Assembly: GCA_033791425.1 (NCBI GenBank)
Contig: JASJGQ010000261.1
Span: 3,068 to 67,067, forward strand
Length of the DNA: 64,000 nucleotides
Direction: 5' to 3'
Source of the DNA: Acidobacteriota bacterium
GTDB lineage: Bacteria; Acidobacteriota; Thermoanaerobaculia; Thermoanaerobaculales; Sulfomarinibacteraceae
The notes under the pieces are model-generated. The model worked only from the letters and a program-made list of their open reading frames with translations. It ran no database searches and was not told the origin of the DNA. The position numbers were made by a program, and so were the translations under genes. This document shows, one piece after another, positions 26,910-37,812 of the stretch (positions are counted from its first letter, which is position 1; each line of letters begins with the position of its first letter).

Positions 26910-27899
26910 TCAACCCCTGGCCTGCAGCAGGCTGAGCATGCTCGTCTGGACGATGTCAGCAGCGGAACAACCCCGGCTGAGATCGTTTGCGGGCATGGCG
27001 AGCCCCTGCATGAGTGGTCCGAGGGCACGGGCACCGCCCATGCGCTCTACGGCCTTGTAGGCAATATTACCTGCATTGAGATCCGGAAAAACAAGCACGT
27101 TGGCGCGGCCTGCGACGGTCGAGCCTGGGGCCTTTTTCTTGCCGATTTCAGGCATCAGTGCAGCATCGAACTGAAGCTCCCCATCAAAACTGAAATCGAC
27201 CTTGCGTTGTTCGAGCTCGGCGCAGGCGGCGGTCACCTTTTCCACGAGGGGGCTCACGGCCGAGCCCTTGGTCGAAAACGAGAGCATGGCGACCCTGGGT
27301 TCTCCACCGACGATCGATCGAAACGTCGCTGCCGCCGAGATCGCGATCTCTGCGAGTTGTTCGGCCGTCGGATCCGGCATGACGGCACAGTCGGAAAAGA
27401 CCATCACGCCATCATCGCCCCACTGTTTGTCCGGGTGGACCATGATGAAGGCTGATGAAACCGTTCGCAGGCCCGGTGCGGGACCAATGCAGTGCAGGGC
27501 CGCGCGAACCGTGTCGGCCGTGGTTCGCACCGCGCCCCCGACCGACGCATCCGCAGCCCCGGTCGCGACCATGAGAGACGAAAAATACAGAGGGTCTGCG
27601 ACCGCTTCCGCCGCTTTGTCGAGCGAAAGCCCCTTGGCCTGGCGCCGCGCATGGAGGTGTCCGGCAAGTTCCGCACGCCGGGGATCCGTGGTGGGGTCGG
27701 TGACCTCGACGCCGGCCGCCTGGAGCGCTGCGTGCTGATCCGTCATCTCACCCTGGGGGCATAAAATCGTGACACTGTAGGGGCCCGCCGTCACCAGCTG
27801 CCCCGCCGCCTCGACAATCCGTTGGTCATGGCCCTCGGCGAGCACCACACGGCCACCGACTCCGGCTGCTCGCGCAGCGAGGTCTTCGAGAAATTTCAC
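26910..27899 (-). CDS. pta: Phosphate acetyltransferase (short form)
   Basis: Pta_PtaB features are present: [21 protein letters not shown], and [16 protein letters not shown]...GPLMQG. I trimmed to GTG 27899, which has the SD GGGGGAG; the upstream 157 codons of the ORF look non-coding. Confidence 0.85.
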   Translation of the reverse strand: MKFLEDLAARAAGVGGRVVLAEGHDQRIVEAAGQLVTAGPYSVTILCPQGEMTDQHAALQAAGVEVTDPTTDPRRAELAGHLHARRQAKGLSLDKAAEAVADPLYFSSLMVATGAADASVGGAVRTTADTVRAALHCIGPAPGLRTVSSAFIMVHPDKQWGDDGVMVFSDCAVMPDPTAEQLAEIAISAAATFRSIVGGEPRVAMLSFSTKGSAVSPLVEKVTAACAELEQRKVDFSFDGELQFDAALMPEIGKKKAPGSTVAGRANVLVFPDLNAGNIAYKAVERMGGARALGPLMQGLAMPANDLSRGCSAADIVQTSMLSLLQARG

Positions 27900-28002
27900 A
27901 GCTCCCCCAGCAGGTATTGTAACCCAGCGACCGCTTGAGGCCCACAGGAACAAGCCTGCCCCCGGGTGGGTTGTAGCAAGGGAACCCGAAAGGCAGACCC
28001 CC

Positions 28003-28935
28003 ATGCGCATTGCACCTGACATCACACACCTGGTGGGGAATACCCCCCTCGTGCGACTCAACCGACTGACCGCTGGACTGGCCGCGACGGTTGCCGCCAA
28101 GCTCGAATTCTTCAACCCCGCCCACTCAGTGAAAGACCGCATCGGCGTTGCCATGGTCGACGCCCTGGAACGCGACGGGCAGCTGGTTCCAGGCGTCTCG
28201 ACCATTGTCGAGGCCACCTCCGGCAACACCGGCATTGCCCTCGCGATGGTTGCCGCGGCACGGGGATATCGCTGCGTTCTCGCGATGCCCGAATCCATGT
28301 CGCTCGAGCGAAGAAAGGTCCTCGCCCTGCTCGGTGCAGAACTCCACCCGACGCCGGCCGCCGACGGCATGAAGGGCGCGACGGCACGGGCTCACGAACT
28401 GCTCGAAGAGATCCCAAACTCAGTGATGGCCCTTCAGTTCTCAAATCCTGCCAATCCCGAAATCCACGCCGAATCCACCGCCCTCGAACTGTGGCGGGAC
28501 ACCGACGGTGAGATGGATGTCTTTGTGGCCGGGGTCGGCACCGGCGGGACCCTCACCGGGGTCGGTCGGGTGTGGCGCCAACGCCGCCCTGATACCCAGA
28601 TCGTTGCCGTCGAGCCAGCCGACTCTCCGGTCCTCACCGGCGGCGAACCAGGCTCCCACAAGATTCAGGGCATCGGCGCCGGATTCATCCCGGAGAACCT
28701 CGACGTGTCCCTTGTCGACGAGACTGTCACGGTCACCAACGACGAGGCGTTTGCGATGGCACGTCGACTCGCCAGCGAAGAGGGCATCCTGGCCGGTATT
28801 TCTTCCGGCGCCGCGTGTGCGGCAGCTCTCTCGATCGCAGCTCGCGAGGACATGGAGGGCAAACTCATCGTGTTTGTCGTGCCCTCCACCGCCGAACGAT
28901 ATATTTCAACCGACCTCTTTGCGGGTCTCGGTTGA
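28003..28935 (+). CDS. cysK: Cysteine synthase A (O-acetylserine sulfhydrylase)
   Basis: The PLP-lysine motif is [11 protein letters not shown], with [10 protein letters not shown] and [10 protein letters not shown] also present. Confidence 0.95.
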   Translation: MRIAPDITHLVGNTPLVRLNRLTAGLAATVAAKLEFFNPAHSVKDRIGVAMVDALERDGQLVPGVSTIVEATSGNTGIALAMVAAARGYRCVLAMPESMSLERRKVLALLGAELHPTPAADGMKGATARAHELLEEIPNSVMALQFSNPANPEIHAESTALELWRDTDGEMDVFVAGVGTGGTLTGVGRVWRQRRPDTQIVAVEPADSPVLTGGEPGSHKIQGIGAGFIPENLDVSLVDETVTVTNDEAFAMARRLASEEGILAGISSGAACAAALSIAAREDMEGKLIVFVVPSTAERYISTDLFAGLG

Positions 28936-28975
28936 GTTCAATCGAACCCGGCGAGACCTGAGGCTCCGGGCCGGA

Positions 28976-29872
28976 TCAACCTCGGCGCCACGGCAGCCTG
29001 ATCATCAGCGGTTGCGGATCGATGCTGATTTCCACCGGCAAGACGCCGACGACATCACCATCGATCTGATAGGGCACATCAACGCCGGTCATTGCCGATT
29101 CGATCCGGACCCGGCCGGTGAGCTGGCGGACGACATCGTCGCGCCGCACGTGGCGGCCGCTCGGCATCCCGAGAAGAAACGCCATCGCCACCCGTCGCCC
29201 GTCTGTTTTCTGGACAACAACCTCGAGATCATCCCGGAAGGGGTCGGCACCGGGTGTCGCCCGGATTTTCCCCGCATAACACCGTGAGGTTCCGACGATG
29301 ACCCACCCCGCCTCTTCCGTGAGGTCATCGGACACGACCCTCATGCTCGGCAGTCGGCTCCCGCTCACAGTTTCAACCACCGCCTGCAGGGCCACACCAA
29401 TTCGCCCGCCGAGGCGCTTGAAACCCGGCCGCAACTTCTTCAGGACAAGGGAATCGGGCCCCGCCGACAGCATCAAGAGGACGATGTCGTCGCGGTCGGT
29501 CCGTCCCACACGCATGGCGCGGTCCTGCCCCTCAAGAAGCGCGACGACGGACCGCTCGACAGGCCTGGGAATGTCGAACTCATAGGCCAGCACTGACGTG
29601 GTTCCGCCGGGCAACGCGCCAAGGGCTGTCGGACTTCCGAGCAGGCCCCGAGCCACTTCGTTGTAAGTTCCGTCGCCGCCGAAGGCGAACACCAAAGGGC
29701 GCTTTTCGGTGGCCGCTCGAGCCGCGAGCTCGGTCGCATGCCCCGGTCCTGCGGTCATCCAGAAATCGATTTCGACCCCGGCGGATCGGGCCGCCGCAAT
29801 CAGGGCTTCGCGGCGGCGCAATAGGCGACCGCCTCCCGCCGTCGGGTTGAGGATCACTGGTACGGAGGTCAA
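28976..29872 (-). CDS. Diacylglycerol kinase-family lipid kinase (YegS/BmrU-like)
   Basis: NPTAGGG and [10 protein letters not shown] (the DAGK catalytic-domain motif) are present. It overlaps the ruvB stop by 4 nt. Confidence 0.8.
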   Translation of the reverse strand: MTSVPVILNPTAGGGRLLRRREALIAAARSAGVEIDFWMTAGPGHATELAARAATEKRPLVFAFGGDGTYNEVARGLLGSPTALGALPGGTTSVLAYEFDIPRPVERSVVALLEGQDRAMRVGRTDRDDIVLLMLSAGPDSLVLKKLRPGFKRLGGRIGVALQAVVETVSGSRLPSMRVVSDDLTEEAGWVIVGTSRCYAGKIRATPGADPFRDDLEVVVQKTDGRRVAMAFLLGMPSGRHVRRDDVVRQLTGRVRIESAMTGVDVPYQIDGDVVGVLPVEISIDPQPLMIRLPWRRG

Positions 29873-30906
29873 TCCGACTCCCGTTGATCAAAGAGACGGC
29901 CATCGGCGTCGCGGGGCTCGAGACCGAGGTGTCGGTAGGCGCGCGCGGTCACCGTCCGTCCCCGCGGCGTCCGCTGTAACAGTCCGATCTGGAGAAGGTA
30001 CGGCTCGTGGATATCCTCGAGGGTTCCGTGGTCCTCGCCGATCGATGCCGCCAGGGCCTTGAGGCCCACCGGACCGCCGTCATAGATGTCGATGATGGTA
30101 GTCAGGAGCTGGCGATCGAGGTGGTCGAGGCCAAAAGCATCCACCTCCATTTGTTCCAGCCCCCATTTCGTGGCCTCGAGAGTCACGGTCTCCGACCCCA
30201 GGTGGTGCGCGAAATCCCGGACCCTGCGCAACAGCCGATTGGCAATTCGCGGGGTGCCGCGAGCGCGTCGCGCAATTTCGGCGGCGGCGTCCTCGGAGAC
30301 TTCAATCCCGAGAATTCCGGCGGATCGCGCCACGATCACTGCGAGATCGTCAGCCGGGTAGAACTCGAGCCGGTGGACGATCCCGAACCTGTCGCGGAGC
30401 GGCGCCGTCAACAGGCCCGTTCGGGTTGTCGCGCCGACCAGGGTGAAACGTGGCAAGCTCAACCGTACGCTGCGCGCCGCCGGACCCTGGCCGATCACCA
30501 GGTCGAGTTCGAAATCCTCCATTGCCGGATAGAGGATCTCCTCGACCGCGGCAGGCAGGCGGTGGATCTCGTCGATAAACAGGACGTCTCCGGGCTGAAG
30601 GTTGGTGAGCATCGCCGCCAGGTCGCCGGCCCGTTCAAGAACCGGACCGGAGGAGATGTGCAGTTCCGCTCCCATCTCGTGGGCAATGATGTAGGCGAGA
30701 GTTGTCTTGCCGAGACCCGGGGGGCCAAAGAAAAGCGCATGATCGAGAGCCTCGCCCCGGTGGCGGGCGGCGGTGACAAATACCCCGAGGTTTGTCCTCA
30801 GGCGATCCTGGCCCACGAAGTCCTCGAGGCGCCGTGGCCGCAGCGTCTCCTCGAGAGGAACCTCGTCGGGTCGTACATCGCCGGTCAAGACTTCGTCAGT
30901 CACCAT
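29869..30906 (-). CDS. ruvB: Holliday junction branch migration helicase RuvB
   Basis: Walker [10 protein letters not shown], Walker B LFIDEIHR and the sensor [16 protein letters not shown] are present. Confidence 0.95.
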   Translation of the reverse strand: MVTDEVLTGDVRPDEVPLEETLRPRRLEDFVGQDRLRTNLGVFVTAARHRGEALDHALFFGPPGLGKTTLAYIIAHEMGAELHISSGPVLERAGDLAAMLTNLQPGDVLFIDEIHRLPAAVEEILYPAMEDFELDLVIGQGPAARSVRLSLPRFTLVGATTRTGLLTAPLRDRFGIVHRLEFYPADDLAVIVARSAGILGIEVSEDAAAEIARRARGTPRIANRLLRRVRDFAHHLGSETVTLEATKWGLEQMEVDAFGLDHLDRQLLTTIIDIYDGGPVGLKALAASIGEDHGTLEDIHEPYLLQIGLLQRTPRGRTVTARAYRHLGLEPRDADGRLFDQRESD

Positions 30907-31042
30907 CAGACTTTAACCTATCGGCGATGGGACGGGGATGTCGCAGGGGTCCGGATGTTGGGGACAGGATGCGGGATGCAGCGAAATCATCGATCCATGC
31001 CATTTCGATGTCAAGGCATTTCCGGAATTCTTTTCTCGGTAT

Positions 31043-31105
31043 CTTGAATCTTGAATCCTGGATCCTGAGACCTGAACCCTGGAACCTTGAACCTGGAACC
31101 TGTGA
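31043..31105. repeat. Degenerate heptanucleotide tandem array (9 units, consensus CCTGRAN)
   Basis: Plus-strand units are CTTGAAT CTTGAAT CCTGGAT CCTGAGA CCTGAAC CCTGGAA CCTTGAA CCTGGAA CCTGTGA. The array lies in the unusually long ruvA-ruvB spacer. Confidence 0.85.
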
Positions 31106-31112
31106 CCCGTTT

Positions 31113-31133
31113 CCGGGCGGCTTTGCCGCCCGG
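31113..31133. other. GC hairpin abutting the ruvA stop codon
   Basis: The stem CCGGGCGGC / GCCGCCCGG has 9 bp and a 3-nt loop. No U-run follows on either strand, so it is not a canonical terminator. Confidence 0.6.
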
Positions 31134-31700
31134 TCAGCGGGTCAGGGTCTGGAGCGCCAGACGCAGCAGCTCACCGAGATCCTCTCCCCCGGCATCGGTC
31201 GACACCGCATCCACCGCGCGGGTTGCGTCACGCTGCGAATAGCCGAGATTCACGAGCGCGGAAACGGCATCCCCGCGGATGTTGTCGGGCGACAACGAGA
31301 CAGTTCCAAGCCGATCCTTGAGTTCGAGGAGAATTCGATCCGCCGTCTTTCGGCCGACGCCCGGGCTGCGCTGGAGAAGCGCCGCGTCGCCGCGATCCAC
31401 CGCCTGCGCGAGGTCGCTCGCGTTCAATGCCGAGAGAACGCCAAGGGCGGTCCGCGGACCAACTCCCGCCACCGAGATCAGTTTTTCGAATGCGTCGAGA
31501 TCGTCACGGTCGAGAAAGCCGAAGAGCACGATGGCATCGTCCCGCACCTGGGTGTGGATCCAGAATACCGCGGTGTCGCCGTCGTTCAACTGGTCGAACA
31601 TACGCAGCGTCGTGGCCACCTGGTAGCCAACACCACCCACGTCCACAAGCACCGTCCCGGGGTCGACCCGGTGAAGTCGGCCCTCGAGCCGGCCGATCAT
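31134..31700 (-). CDS. ruvA: Holliday junction DNA helicase RuvA
   Basis: The N-terminus is MIGRLEGRL...[12 protein letters not shown], with HhH motifs ([21 protein letters not shown]). Confidence 0.9.
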   Translation of the reverse strand: MIGRLEGRLHRVDPGTVLVDVGGVGYQVATTLRMFDQLNDGDTAVFWIHTQVRDDAIVLFGFLDRDDLDAFEKLISVAGVGPRTALGVLSALNASDLAQAVDRGDAALLQRSPGVGRKTADRILLELKDRLGTVSLSPDNIRGDAVSALVNLGYSQRDATRAVDAVSTDAGGEDLGELLRLALQTLTR

Positions 31701-33652
31701 GAGCTGGTGGTTGCGAAGCGCTGCAGCAGCTCGTTGTCGACGGTCACCACCGTATCGCGCCGGCGTTCATTGAGGATCGAACGCATCAACTGGCCCGCGC
31801 GATCGGCCATCAGACGAGCGCGCAGATTTTCCATTTCGGCGGCGAGTTCGGACTGGTCGGCCCGCACCACGTCAGTGACCCGAACTACCATGATGCCGTT
31901 GTTCCCGACGTCGATTGGCTCAAGAACGTCACCGACCGTGGCGTCAAACACGACCTGATCGATGGCGGGGAGGATCCCGAGATCACCCACCTGTGCACCG
32001 CGCCGGTGGCCCGCGGCCTCGGTGACCGACGAGCCGATCTCCTCGGCCACGACCGCAGCGTCATCACCTGCCCGCCACCGTTCGACCACTGTCGAAGCCT
32101 GTTGCCTGGCAAGCCCAAACGCCTTTTCGCGGCGCAACGACTGCTCGACCGCGAGACGGACATCCTCAAAGGGCTGGATGCCCTCAGGCCGGATTTCGGC
32201 CAACTGCCACACCATCCACCCGCGAGGTACGGTCAGCGGGCCTTCAATATGGCCGACTTCGACGGCAAACGCCTCGTCGGCGAGCGCGCTTCCTGTGGTC
32301 GTACCGGGAATCGTCTCACCGGCTGCAAAGGTGGGGCTCTCGTTGAGCACCACCGCTTCATCTTCGTCGGCGATCAGCTGCCAGGCCTCCTCGGTCATCG
32401 GTTGCTCGGTGTTCAGCCGACGCGCCAGTTCTTCCGCCCGCGACGAAGCTTCGGCCGCCGCCCGGCCTTCCAGAACCGCGAAACGGACCTGCTCTTCCAC
32501 TTCTTCAAACGGCCTCTGATGCTCGGGTCGGAACGCATCGACTCGAATGATGTGGTAACCGAACTGGCTCTTGATGGGACCGACAATCTCACCGGGTTTG
32601 GCCGAGAATACTGCGTCCTCGAACTCCTTGACCATGCGACCACGCCCAAACCAGCCAAGATCGCCTCCCTCGGCCGCCGATCCCGTGTCGTCGGAGTGTT
32701 TGGCCGCGAGTTCGGCAAAGTCGGCGCCGGTGCTCGCGATCTGCGCAACGCCGTTGGCGTGGAGTTCGGCGTCCGTTCGCTCCTCTTCGCCGGCATTCGG
32801 AGAGACCTGGATCAGAATGTGCCGGGCGTTGGCCTGCTCGCCTTCGAGAAACTCATCTTTGTGGTCCTCGTAGTAGGCCCGCAGCTCGGTTTCCTCGACC
32901 GGAAGCGTACGACGCAATTTCGACGTTTCGACGACGAGATAACGCAGGACGCGCTGCTCGCTCCGATGATAGTCGGCTGACGTCCTCTCGTATTCGGCGC
33001 GGCTTTCGTCTTCGGTCATCTCGACTTCGGTGAGAAAGGGCTCGTATCGGACCCGGACAACCTCCAGATCGACCTGTTCGCGCTGACGCCGAAACTCCCG
33101 CTCGACCTCGGCATTGTCCACCCAGGCACTCCGTTCGGCCAACCCGTTGAGCTTACCGATGGTCAGGTCCTCCTCGAGCCGGGTCTCGAACTCCTGAGGC
33201 GACATCCGGAAGTACCCGCGAACGATTCGTTCGTAGGTCTCGGTTCCGACAAATTGGCCGTCCTCGCGTTGAAATGACGGGTTTTCGAGGATTGCCTCGC
33301 GCAGCTCTTCTGCCGTCACGGCAATTCCCACCCGCGCCGCTTCAGTGAGCTGGAGCTCTCGGTCGATGAAGTAGTTCGCCGTCTGCCCGGCGAGATCCAC
33401 CTGGTCGCGAAGGTCGTTCCACCGCTCGCCGTAGATCTGCGAGAAACGTTGATCGAGACGCCGCATTTCGTTGAGAAACTCCTGTTCGGAAACAGTCCGT
33501 TTCCCGACCCGAACCGCCGGGTTGCCTCCGCCGCCCCCTCCGGCGCGGCCGGCGCCCCAGTCGACAAACACCAGCAGCACGAATACGATCACCACGCCCC
33601 ACAGAATGAACTTGAGATGACGTAGGTTGTCACGCAACCACTTGAGAGCCAT
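31697..33652 (-). CDS. ppiD: Periplasmic chaperone / peptidyl-prolyl isomerase PpiD-like
   Basis: An N-terminal TM anchor ([19 protein letters not shown]) is followed by a SurA-N-like region and a parvulin domain (ARHILI...[17 protein letters not shown]...FGYHIIRV). I trimmed to ATG 33652, which has the SD GGAGG. Confidence 0.8.
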   Translation of the reverse strand: MALKWLRDNLRHLKFILWGVVIVFVLLVFVDWGAGRAGGGGGGNPAVRVGKRTVSEQEFLNEMRRLDQRFSQIYGERWNDLRDQVDLAGQTANYFIDRELQLTEAARVGIAVTAEELREAILENPSFQREDGQFVGTETYERIVRGYFRMSPQEFETRLEEDLTIGKLNGLAERSAWVDNAEVEREFRRQREQVDLEVVRVRYEPFLTEVEMTEDESRAEYERTSADYHRSEQRVLRYLVVETSKLRRTLPVEETELRAYYEDHKDEFLEGEQANARHILIQVSPNAGEEERTDAELHANGVAQIASTGADFAELAAKHSDDTGSAAEGGDLGWFGRGRMVKEFEDAVFSAKPGEIVGPIKSQFGYHIIRVDAFRPEHQRPFEEVEEQVRFAVLEGRAAAEASSRAEELARRLNTEQPMTEEAWQLIADEDEAVVLNESPTFAAGETIPGTTTGSALADEAFAVEVGHIEGPLTVPRGWMVWQLAEIRPEGIQPFEDVRLAVEQSLRREKAFGLARQQASTVVERWRAGDDAAVVAEEIGSSVTEAAGHRRGAQVGDLGILPAIDQVVFDATVGDVLEPIDVGNNGIMVVRVTDVVRADQSELAAEMENLRARLMADRAGQLMRSILNERRRDTVVTVDNELLQRFATTSS

Positions 33653-33841
33653 GCAGTCCTCCACCCGACCGGCGCGTCGGGACAGCGTAGTGTAACGGAG
33701 CCGTTCTGGTGGCGCAACCTCGCGGGGGTCGATTAAATCCCGACCTGGGGTCCGAAAACGGCCCTCTCTGCCCCCCCCCTTGAGTGACGCTTGCCGCTTG
33801 ATAAGGCTCGTGTTACGGTGTTTTTTGGAGGAACGACGGCC

Positions 33842-35260
33842 GTGGCGAGAGGCTTGGAACTCGATTGGATCGTAGTCCGTGTACAACCGCTGAGAACGGT
33901 CTTGGCGGTGTTGACTGTTGGTCTCATCGCCGCCACCCTCGTCTATTTCGCGTACAAGAGCCTCAATCTTCCCCCCCAGGCCCGTGCCAGCCGGGCCATC
34001 GACCGTGCGTCCGCCGCCCTTACCGATGCCCAGAGTCAGACCCTGCCGGCGCAGTGGCGCGGAGAACTCCGGAACGCCTCGGAGCAGCTCGACACGGCGC
34101 GCGCGGCATTTATCGAGGGGCGCTGGGTGGAGGCGGAGACGGTTGCCGACGGTGCGCGTCGACGGTTCGAGGCCCTGGCTGGAGCCGGTGGCGAACTCGT
34201 TGGAGCTGGAAAGTTCTTCAGCCTCGAAGGACGGGTCGAAGTCCAACGGGCCGGCCAGACAGGGTGGGAGGGCGGCAACGAGCAACAGCCCGTCTTCAAT
34301 GGTGATTTTGTTCGCACAGGGCGCGACGGAGAGGCCGAAATTCTCTTTGCGGACGGCAGCCTGTATCGCATCGCTCCCAACTCGCTGTTGGAAATCCACA
34401 ACGAAATGTCGGCCGAGTCCAGCGGCACCGTCAAGATGGTGGTGGGCCGAATCAACGTGTATACATCAGGCACCCCTTCCACCGTTACCACCGACACCGC
34501 GCTGACCGAGATCGACCCGGACAGCCGCGTTGCTGTCGACGTCGCCGCGGACGATTCCGAGACGCGCGTCGCGACATTTCAAGGTTCGGCGACGGTCCGC
34601 AACACCCGCGGAGACGAGGTCGTCATCCATGAACGTGAGGCCGTTGCGGCCACGGCGGGCGGCGTGATTTCTGAAAAGCAACAGATCCCGGCGGCTCCGC
34701 TCCCGATCTCTCCTCAAAACAACGTCGGATTCGATTTCGGCGAGCAGCAGGTCATCGAGCTGGCGTGGCGGGGCCGACCCACGGCGGGAACAGTACATCT
34801 TCAGGTTGGTCGTTCCAAGACCTTCGATTCGACTCAGCTCGACGTCGATGCGCGAAGTCTAGCCAAAGATAAGGTGCGCATGAAATTGGTCAACCCCGGC
34901 ACCTACTTCTGGAGGGTCGCCTGCAGCCGGGGGGATTCCCCGTCATCGGAATGGAGCTCGGCGCGACGCTTCAGAGTGTACTCGTCGGCGAGCAATGCCG
35001 TTCTGGAGGACACCACGCCACCTGAACTGACCATCGACCCGCCGCAACAGCTCGGTCGCATGTTCATCATCGAAGGGGCCACCGAGGTTGGTGCCACCAT
35101 CACCATCAACGGCGAGCGGGTGGAACTCGGCCTCGGGGGCAAGTTCCGCAAGACCGTCGAAATGTTCAAGGAGGGTTGGAGCGACATCCTGATCGTTGCC
35201 ACCGATCCATCGGGCAATAATAGCGAACACCGTCAGCGCGTGTTTGTGGAGGTTTATTAA
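33842..35260 (+). CDS. Membrane-anchored FecR-domain protein with C-terminal Ig-like domains
   Basis: It has a TM segment ([19 protein letters not shown]), a FecR-like segment ([35 protein letters not shown]) and beta-rich C-terminal modules. GTG 33842 has GGAGGA 9 nt upstream. Its stop overlaps the mreB ATG (TAATG). Confidence 0.7.
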   Translation: MARGLELDWIVVRVQPLRTVLAVLTVGLIAATLVYFAYKSLNLPPQARASRAIDRASAALTDAQSQTLPAQWRGELRNASEQLDTARAAFIEGRWVEAETVADGARRRFEALAGAGGELVGAGKFFSLEGRVEVQRAGQTGWEGGNEQQPVFNGDFVRTGRDGEAEILFADGSLYRIAPNSLLEIHNEMSAESSGTVKMVVGRINVYTSGTPSTVTTDTALTEIDPDSRVAVDVAADDSETRVATFQGSATVRNTRGDEVVIHEREAVAATAGGVISEKQQIPAAPLPISPQNNVGFDFGEQQVIELAWRGRPTAGTVHLQVGRSKTFDSTQLDVDARSLAKDKVRMKLVNPGTYFWRVACSRGDSPSSEWSSARRFRVYSSASNAVLEDTTPPELTIDPPQQLGRMFIIEGATEVGATITINGERVELGLGGKFRKTVEMFKEGWSDILIVATDPSGNNSEHRQRVFVEVY

Positions 35261-36285
35261 TGCATCTCTCCAGCCTTCTGGGGCTGTTCTCATCCGATCT
35301 CGCCATTGACCTCGGCACCGCCAATACCCTCGTTTATGTACGGGGCCGAGGTATCTGTGTCGTCGAGCCTTCGATCGTCGCGGTGAACCGGATCACCAAC
35401 CGCGTAGAAGCGGTCGGGTCCAAGGCCAAGGAAATGCTGGGCAAGACACCCAGTAATATCCAGGCCATCCGGCCGATGAAAGACGGTGTGATTGCGGACT
35501 TCGAGGTCACCGAAAAGATGCTCGAGCACTTCATTCGCAAGGCGCACGGGCGTTCCTTCCTGGTGAGGCCGCGAATCATCATTTCGGTGCCTTCCGAGAT
35601 CACCCAGGTCGAAAAGCGCGCCGTTAAAGACACCGCCCTGAAGGCCGGGGCCTCCGAGGTCTATCTCATCGAACAGGCCACCGCCGCCGCTATCGGCGCC
35701 GGGCTGCCGATCACCGAACCATCGGGCAACATGATCGTGGACATCGGCGGCGGCACCTCGGATGTGGCGGTGATTTCACTTGCCGGCGTTGTCTACTCGC
35801 GTTCGGTCCGGGTTGCAGGGAATGAAATGGACGAGGCGATCATCCATTACCTCAAAAAGAAGTACAACCTCCTCCTGGGCGAGCGGACCGCAGAACGGAT
35901 CAAAATCGAGATCGGGTCAGCCTACCCACTTGATGAACCTCTGACCATGGAAGTCAAGGGGAGAGACCTCGTGGAGGGCGTGCCGAAGAACCTCACGATC
36001 ACCGACGAAGAGATTCGCGAAGCTCTCACAGAGATCATTTCGACGATCGTTGATGCGGTCCGCAACGCCCTCGAACAGACTCCCCCCGAGCTCTCGGCAG
36101 ACATCATCGACAAGGGGATTATTCTCGCGGGTGGCGGGTCCCTCCTCAAGAACCTCGACAAAAGGCTTCGTGAGGAGACAGGTTTGCCGGTGGCTCATTG
36201 TGAAGAGCCCGGTTCGGCGGTGGTGCGTGGCACCGGCATGATGCTCACGAACATCGACCTCTTGCGCAAGATCGCGATCAGCTGA
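35260..36285 (+). CDS. mreB: Rod shape-determining protein MreB
   Basis: Actin-fold motifs are present: DLGTANTLVY, IVDIGGGTSDVAV, GIILAGGGSLL. Confidence 0.95.
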   Translation: MHLSSLLGLFSSDLAIDLGTANTLVYVRGRGICVVEPSIVAVNRITNRVEAVGSKAKEMLGKTPSNIQAIRPMKDGVIADFEVTEKMLEHFIRKAHGRSFLVRPRIIISVPSEITQVEKRAVKDTALKAGASEVYLIEQATAAAIGAGLPITEPSGNMIVDIGGGTSDVAVISLAGVVYSRSVRVAGNEMDEAIIHYLKKKYNLLLGERTAERIKIEIGSAYPLDEPLTMEVKGRDLVEGVPKNLTITDEEIREALTEIISTIVDAVRNALEQTPPELSADIIDKGIILAGGGSLLKNLDKRLREETGLPVAHCEEPGSAVVRGTGMMLTNIDLLRKIAIS

Positions 36286-36401
36286 GCTCTTCCACCGGGG
36301 TATCATGACGGGGTGCAAGCGCGTATTTCTCACAACGTTTCAGCGCGAGGACGGCGCAGACCCGTTTCGCGTGAATTGAGTCGTTCCAAAACGGTCCCGG
36401 C

Positions 36402-37226
36402 ATGACTGTATCGAGGCCGCCCGCCGTCCTGACGATTCTGCTGTGGATCGTGCTCGAGGTCATCGCAGCGTGGCAGGTTCGAACACCAGAGGGAACTCCC
36501 GTCCTGGCGATGTGGATTCGATCGGTCGCACGGCCGCTGGCCTGGTCCGCGGAGAAGATCGGGCACCTCATCGTCGATGCGAGCCTCGGGACCACCGATT
36601 TGCAACAGGTCATCGTCGACAACCGTTCTCTCCAGCTCGAGGTTGAGAGGTTGTCGGCCCGGAACATGCTACTCGAGGAGGACATTGCGGCTTTCCGCGA
36701 TGCTGATGAGCTGTTACGTGACAGCGCCGGGTTTTCGAACGGCGCCGTCATTGCGCGCTGCACATTCCGTGATCTGGCCGCGGGGTCGATGGAGGTCCGG
36801 ACGGCCTCGACGATCTATCTGCCCCGCGACACACCCGCCATTACCGGGGGCGGTCTGGTGGGGCGCGTCGTGCGCAGCGAAGGCAGTCGCCACTGGCTTC
36901 AGCTGATCACCCATGGCGCAGCCGCAGCGGCGGTTCAAACTCCTGACAGCGATGTGCAGGGGCTCGTCGTCGGTACTGGCGGAGAGACTCTCACCGTGGC
37001 ATATGTTCCTCGGCAGGCCCGGCTCGAGAAGGGCCAGGTTCTCATCACCAGTGGCGGAGACGGTATCTTTCCGCCCGGTATTTCGGCGGCAACAGTCGTC
37101 CGTGTGCGAGAGACCGAGAACCCCTTCCTCGAAATCGGAGCCGAACCGACGGCCGATCTCCGGACCACCAGAATCGTCATGCTCCTCCCGCTGTGGTCGG
37201 CATCTGGTGGCGGTGAGGCTGAATGA
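36402..37226 (+). CDS. mreC: Rod shape-determining protein MreC
   Basis: It has an N-terminal TM segment, a coiled coil (LQLEVERLSARNMLLEE) and a beta-barrel domain (GLVGRVV, VLITSGGDGIFPPGI). It sits directly after mreB. Confidence 0.8.
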   Translation: MTVSRPPAVLTILLWIVLEVIAAWQVRTPEGTPVLAMWIRSVARPLAWSAEKIGHLIVDASLGTTDLQQVIVDNRSLQLEVERLSARNMLLEEDIAAFRDADELLRDSAGFSNGAVIARCTFRDLAAGSMEVRTASTIYLPRDTPAITGGGLVGRVVRSEGSRHWLQLITHGAAAAAVQTPDSDVQGLVVGTGGETLTVAYVPRQARLEKGQVLITSGGDGIFPPGISAATVVRVRETENPFLEIGAEPTADLRTTRIVMLLPLWSASGGGEAE

Positions 37227-37247
37227 AGGAGGCCCCCGTCTTCGTCC

Positions 37248-37811
37248 GTGTCGGGTCTCATCGAGAGAACCGTCGCGCCTCGCAATCCTCGCCGCATGCC
37301 CGGGAGAGAAATGCGGTTTAGGCTCATCATCCCGGTGTTGCTGACCCTGCTGGCACAACGGATGCTCGGCATGCCCGGGATGCCGCCGTGGGCCGCCGAG
37401 GTTCTCCTTCCCATGGCATGGATTGTGGCGGCGGCATTGCTGCAAAAGGAACACGGTTGGCCATATCAGGCCCTCGTGATCGGCCTCGCCTGGGATGTTT
37501 TGTTCGAGCCCGTTATCGGCCCGGGGGGAATTGCCTGGAGCGCAGCCTGTCTCGCCTTGTACGCTTTCGCGGGTTTGGTCGCCGACCGATCACCGAAGGC
37601 GTGGGTGGGGTTCGGCCTGATCGGAGCGGCCATCGTAACCCTGGTTCACCGCGCCGCCCTGGTCCCCCTCGGTCTCCCCTTTTCTCTCACCCTGGGTCAC
37701 TGGCTGCGTTTGGTTGCCTTCACTGGGCTGTGGTGCGGTTTGGTTGGGGCAATCCTCAAGCTCGATTTCCCAGGTCAGTGGCAGGCCTATCGATCTCGGA
37801 AGCTGCGTTGA
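37248..37811 (+). CDS. mreD: Rod shape-determining protein MreD (probable)
   Basis: It is a small polytopic membrane protein between mreC and mrdA. The start may be ATG 37311. Confidence 0.6.
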   Translation: MSGLIERTVAPRNPRRMPGREMRFRLIIPVLLTLLAQRMLGMPGMPPWAAEVLLPMAWIVAAALLQKEHGWPYQALVIGLAWDVLFEPVIGPGGIAWSAACLALYAFAGLVADRSPKAWVGFGLIGAAIVTLVHRAALVPLGLPFSLTLGHWLRLVAFTGLWCGLVGAILKLDFPGQWQAYRSRKLR

Positions 37812-37812
37812 T

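Noticed and set aside
30896-31003. A 35-aa minus-strand ORF ([35 protein letters not shown]) in the ruvA-ruvB spacer, overlapping the ruvB start out of frame.
   Set aside because: It has no SD, a Pro/Arg-rich composition and no recognisable family. It is too short to support from sequence alone.
33653-34399. The upstream 249 codons of the 900-aa ORF 31697..34399 (the ppiD frame). There are similar 5' extensions of pta (27900..28370), pgeF (1584..1898), the M16-like gene (12029..12256), rng (39777..40730), PRODH (20975..21316), udk (22894..23277) and the DUF4388 gene (13894..14556).
   Set aside because: The extensions overlap other well-supported genes or intergenic DNA and have shadow-ORF composition. 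In each case an internal start restores the family-typical N-terminus and is usually accompanied by an SD, a signal peptide or stop-start coupling to the upstream gene.
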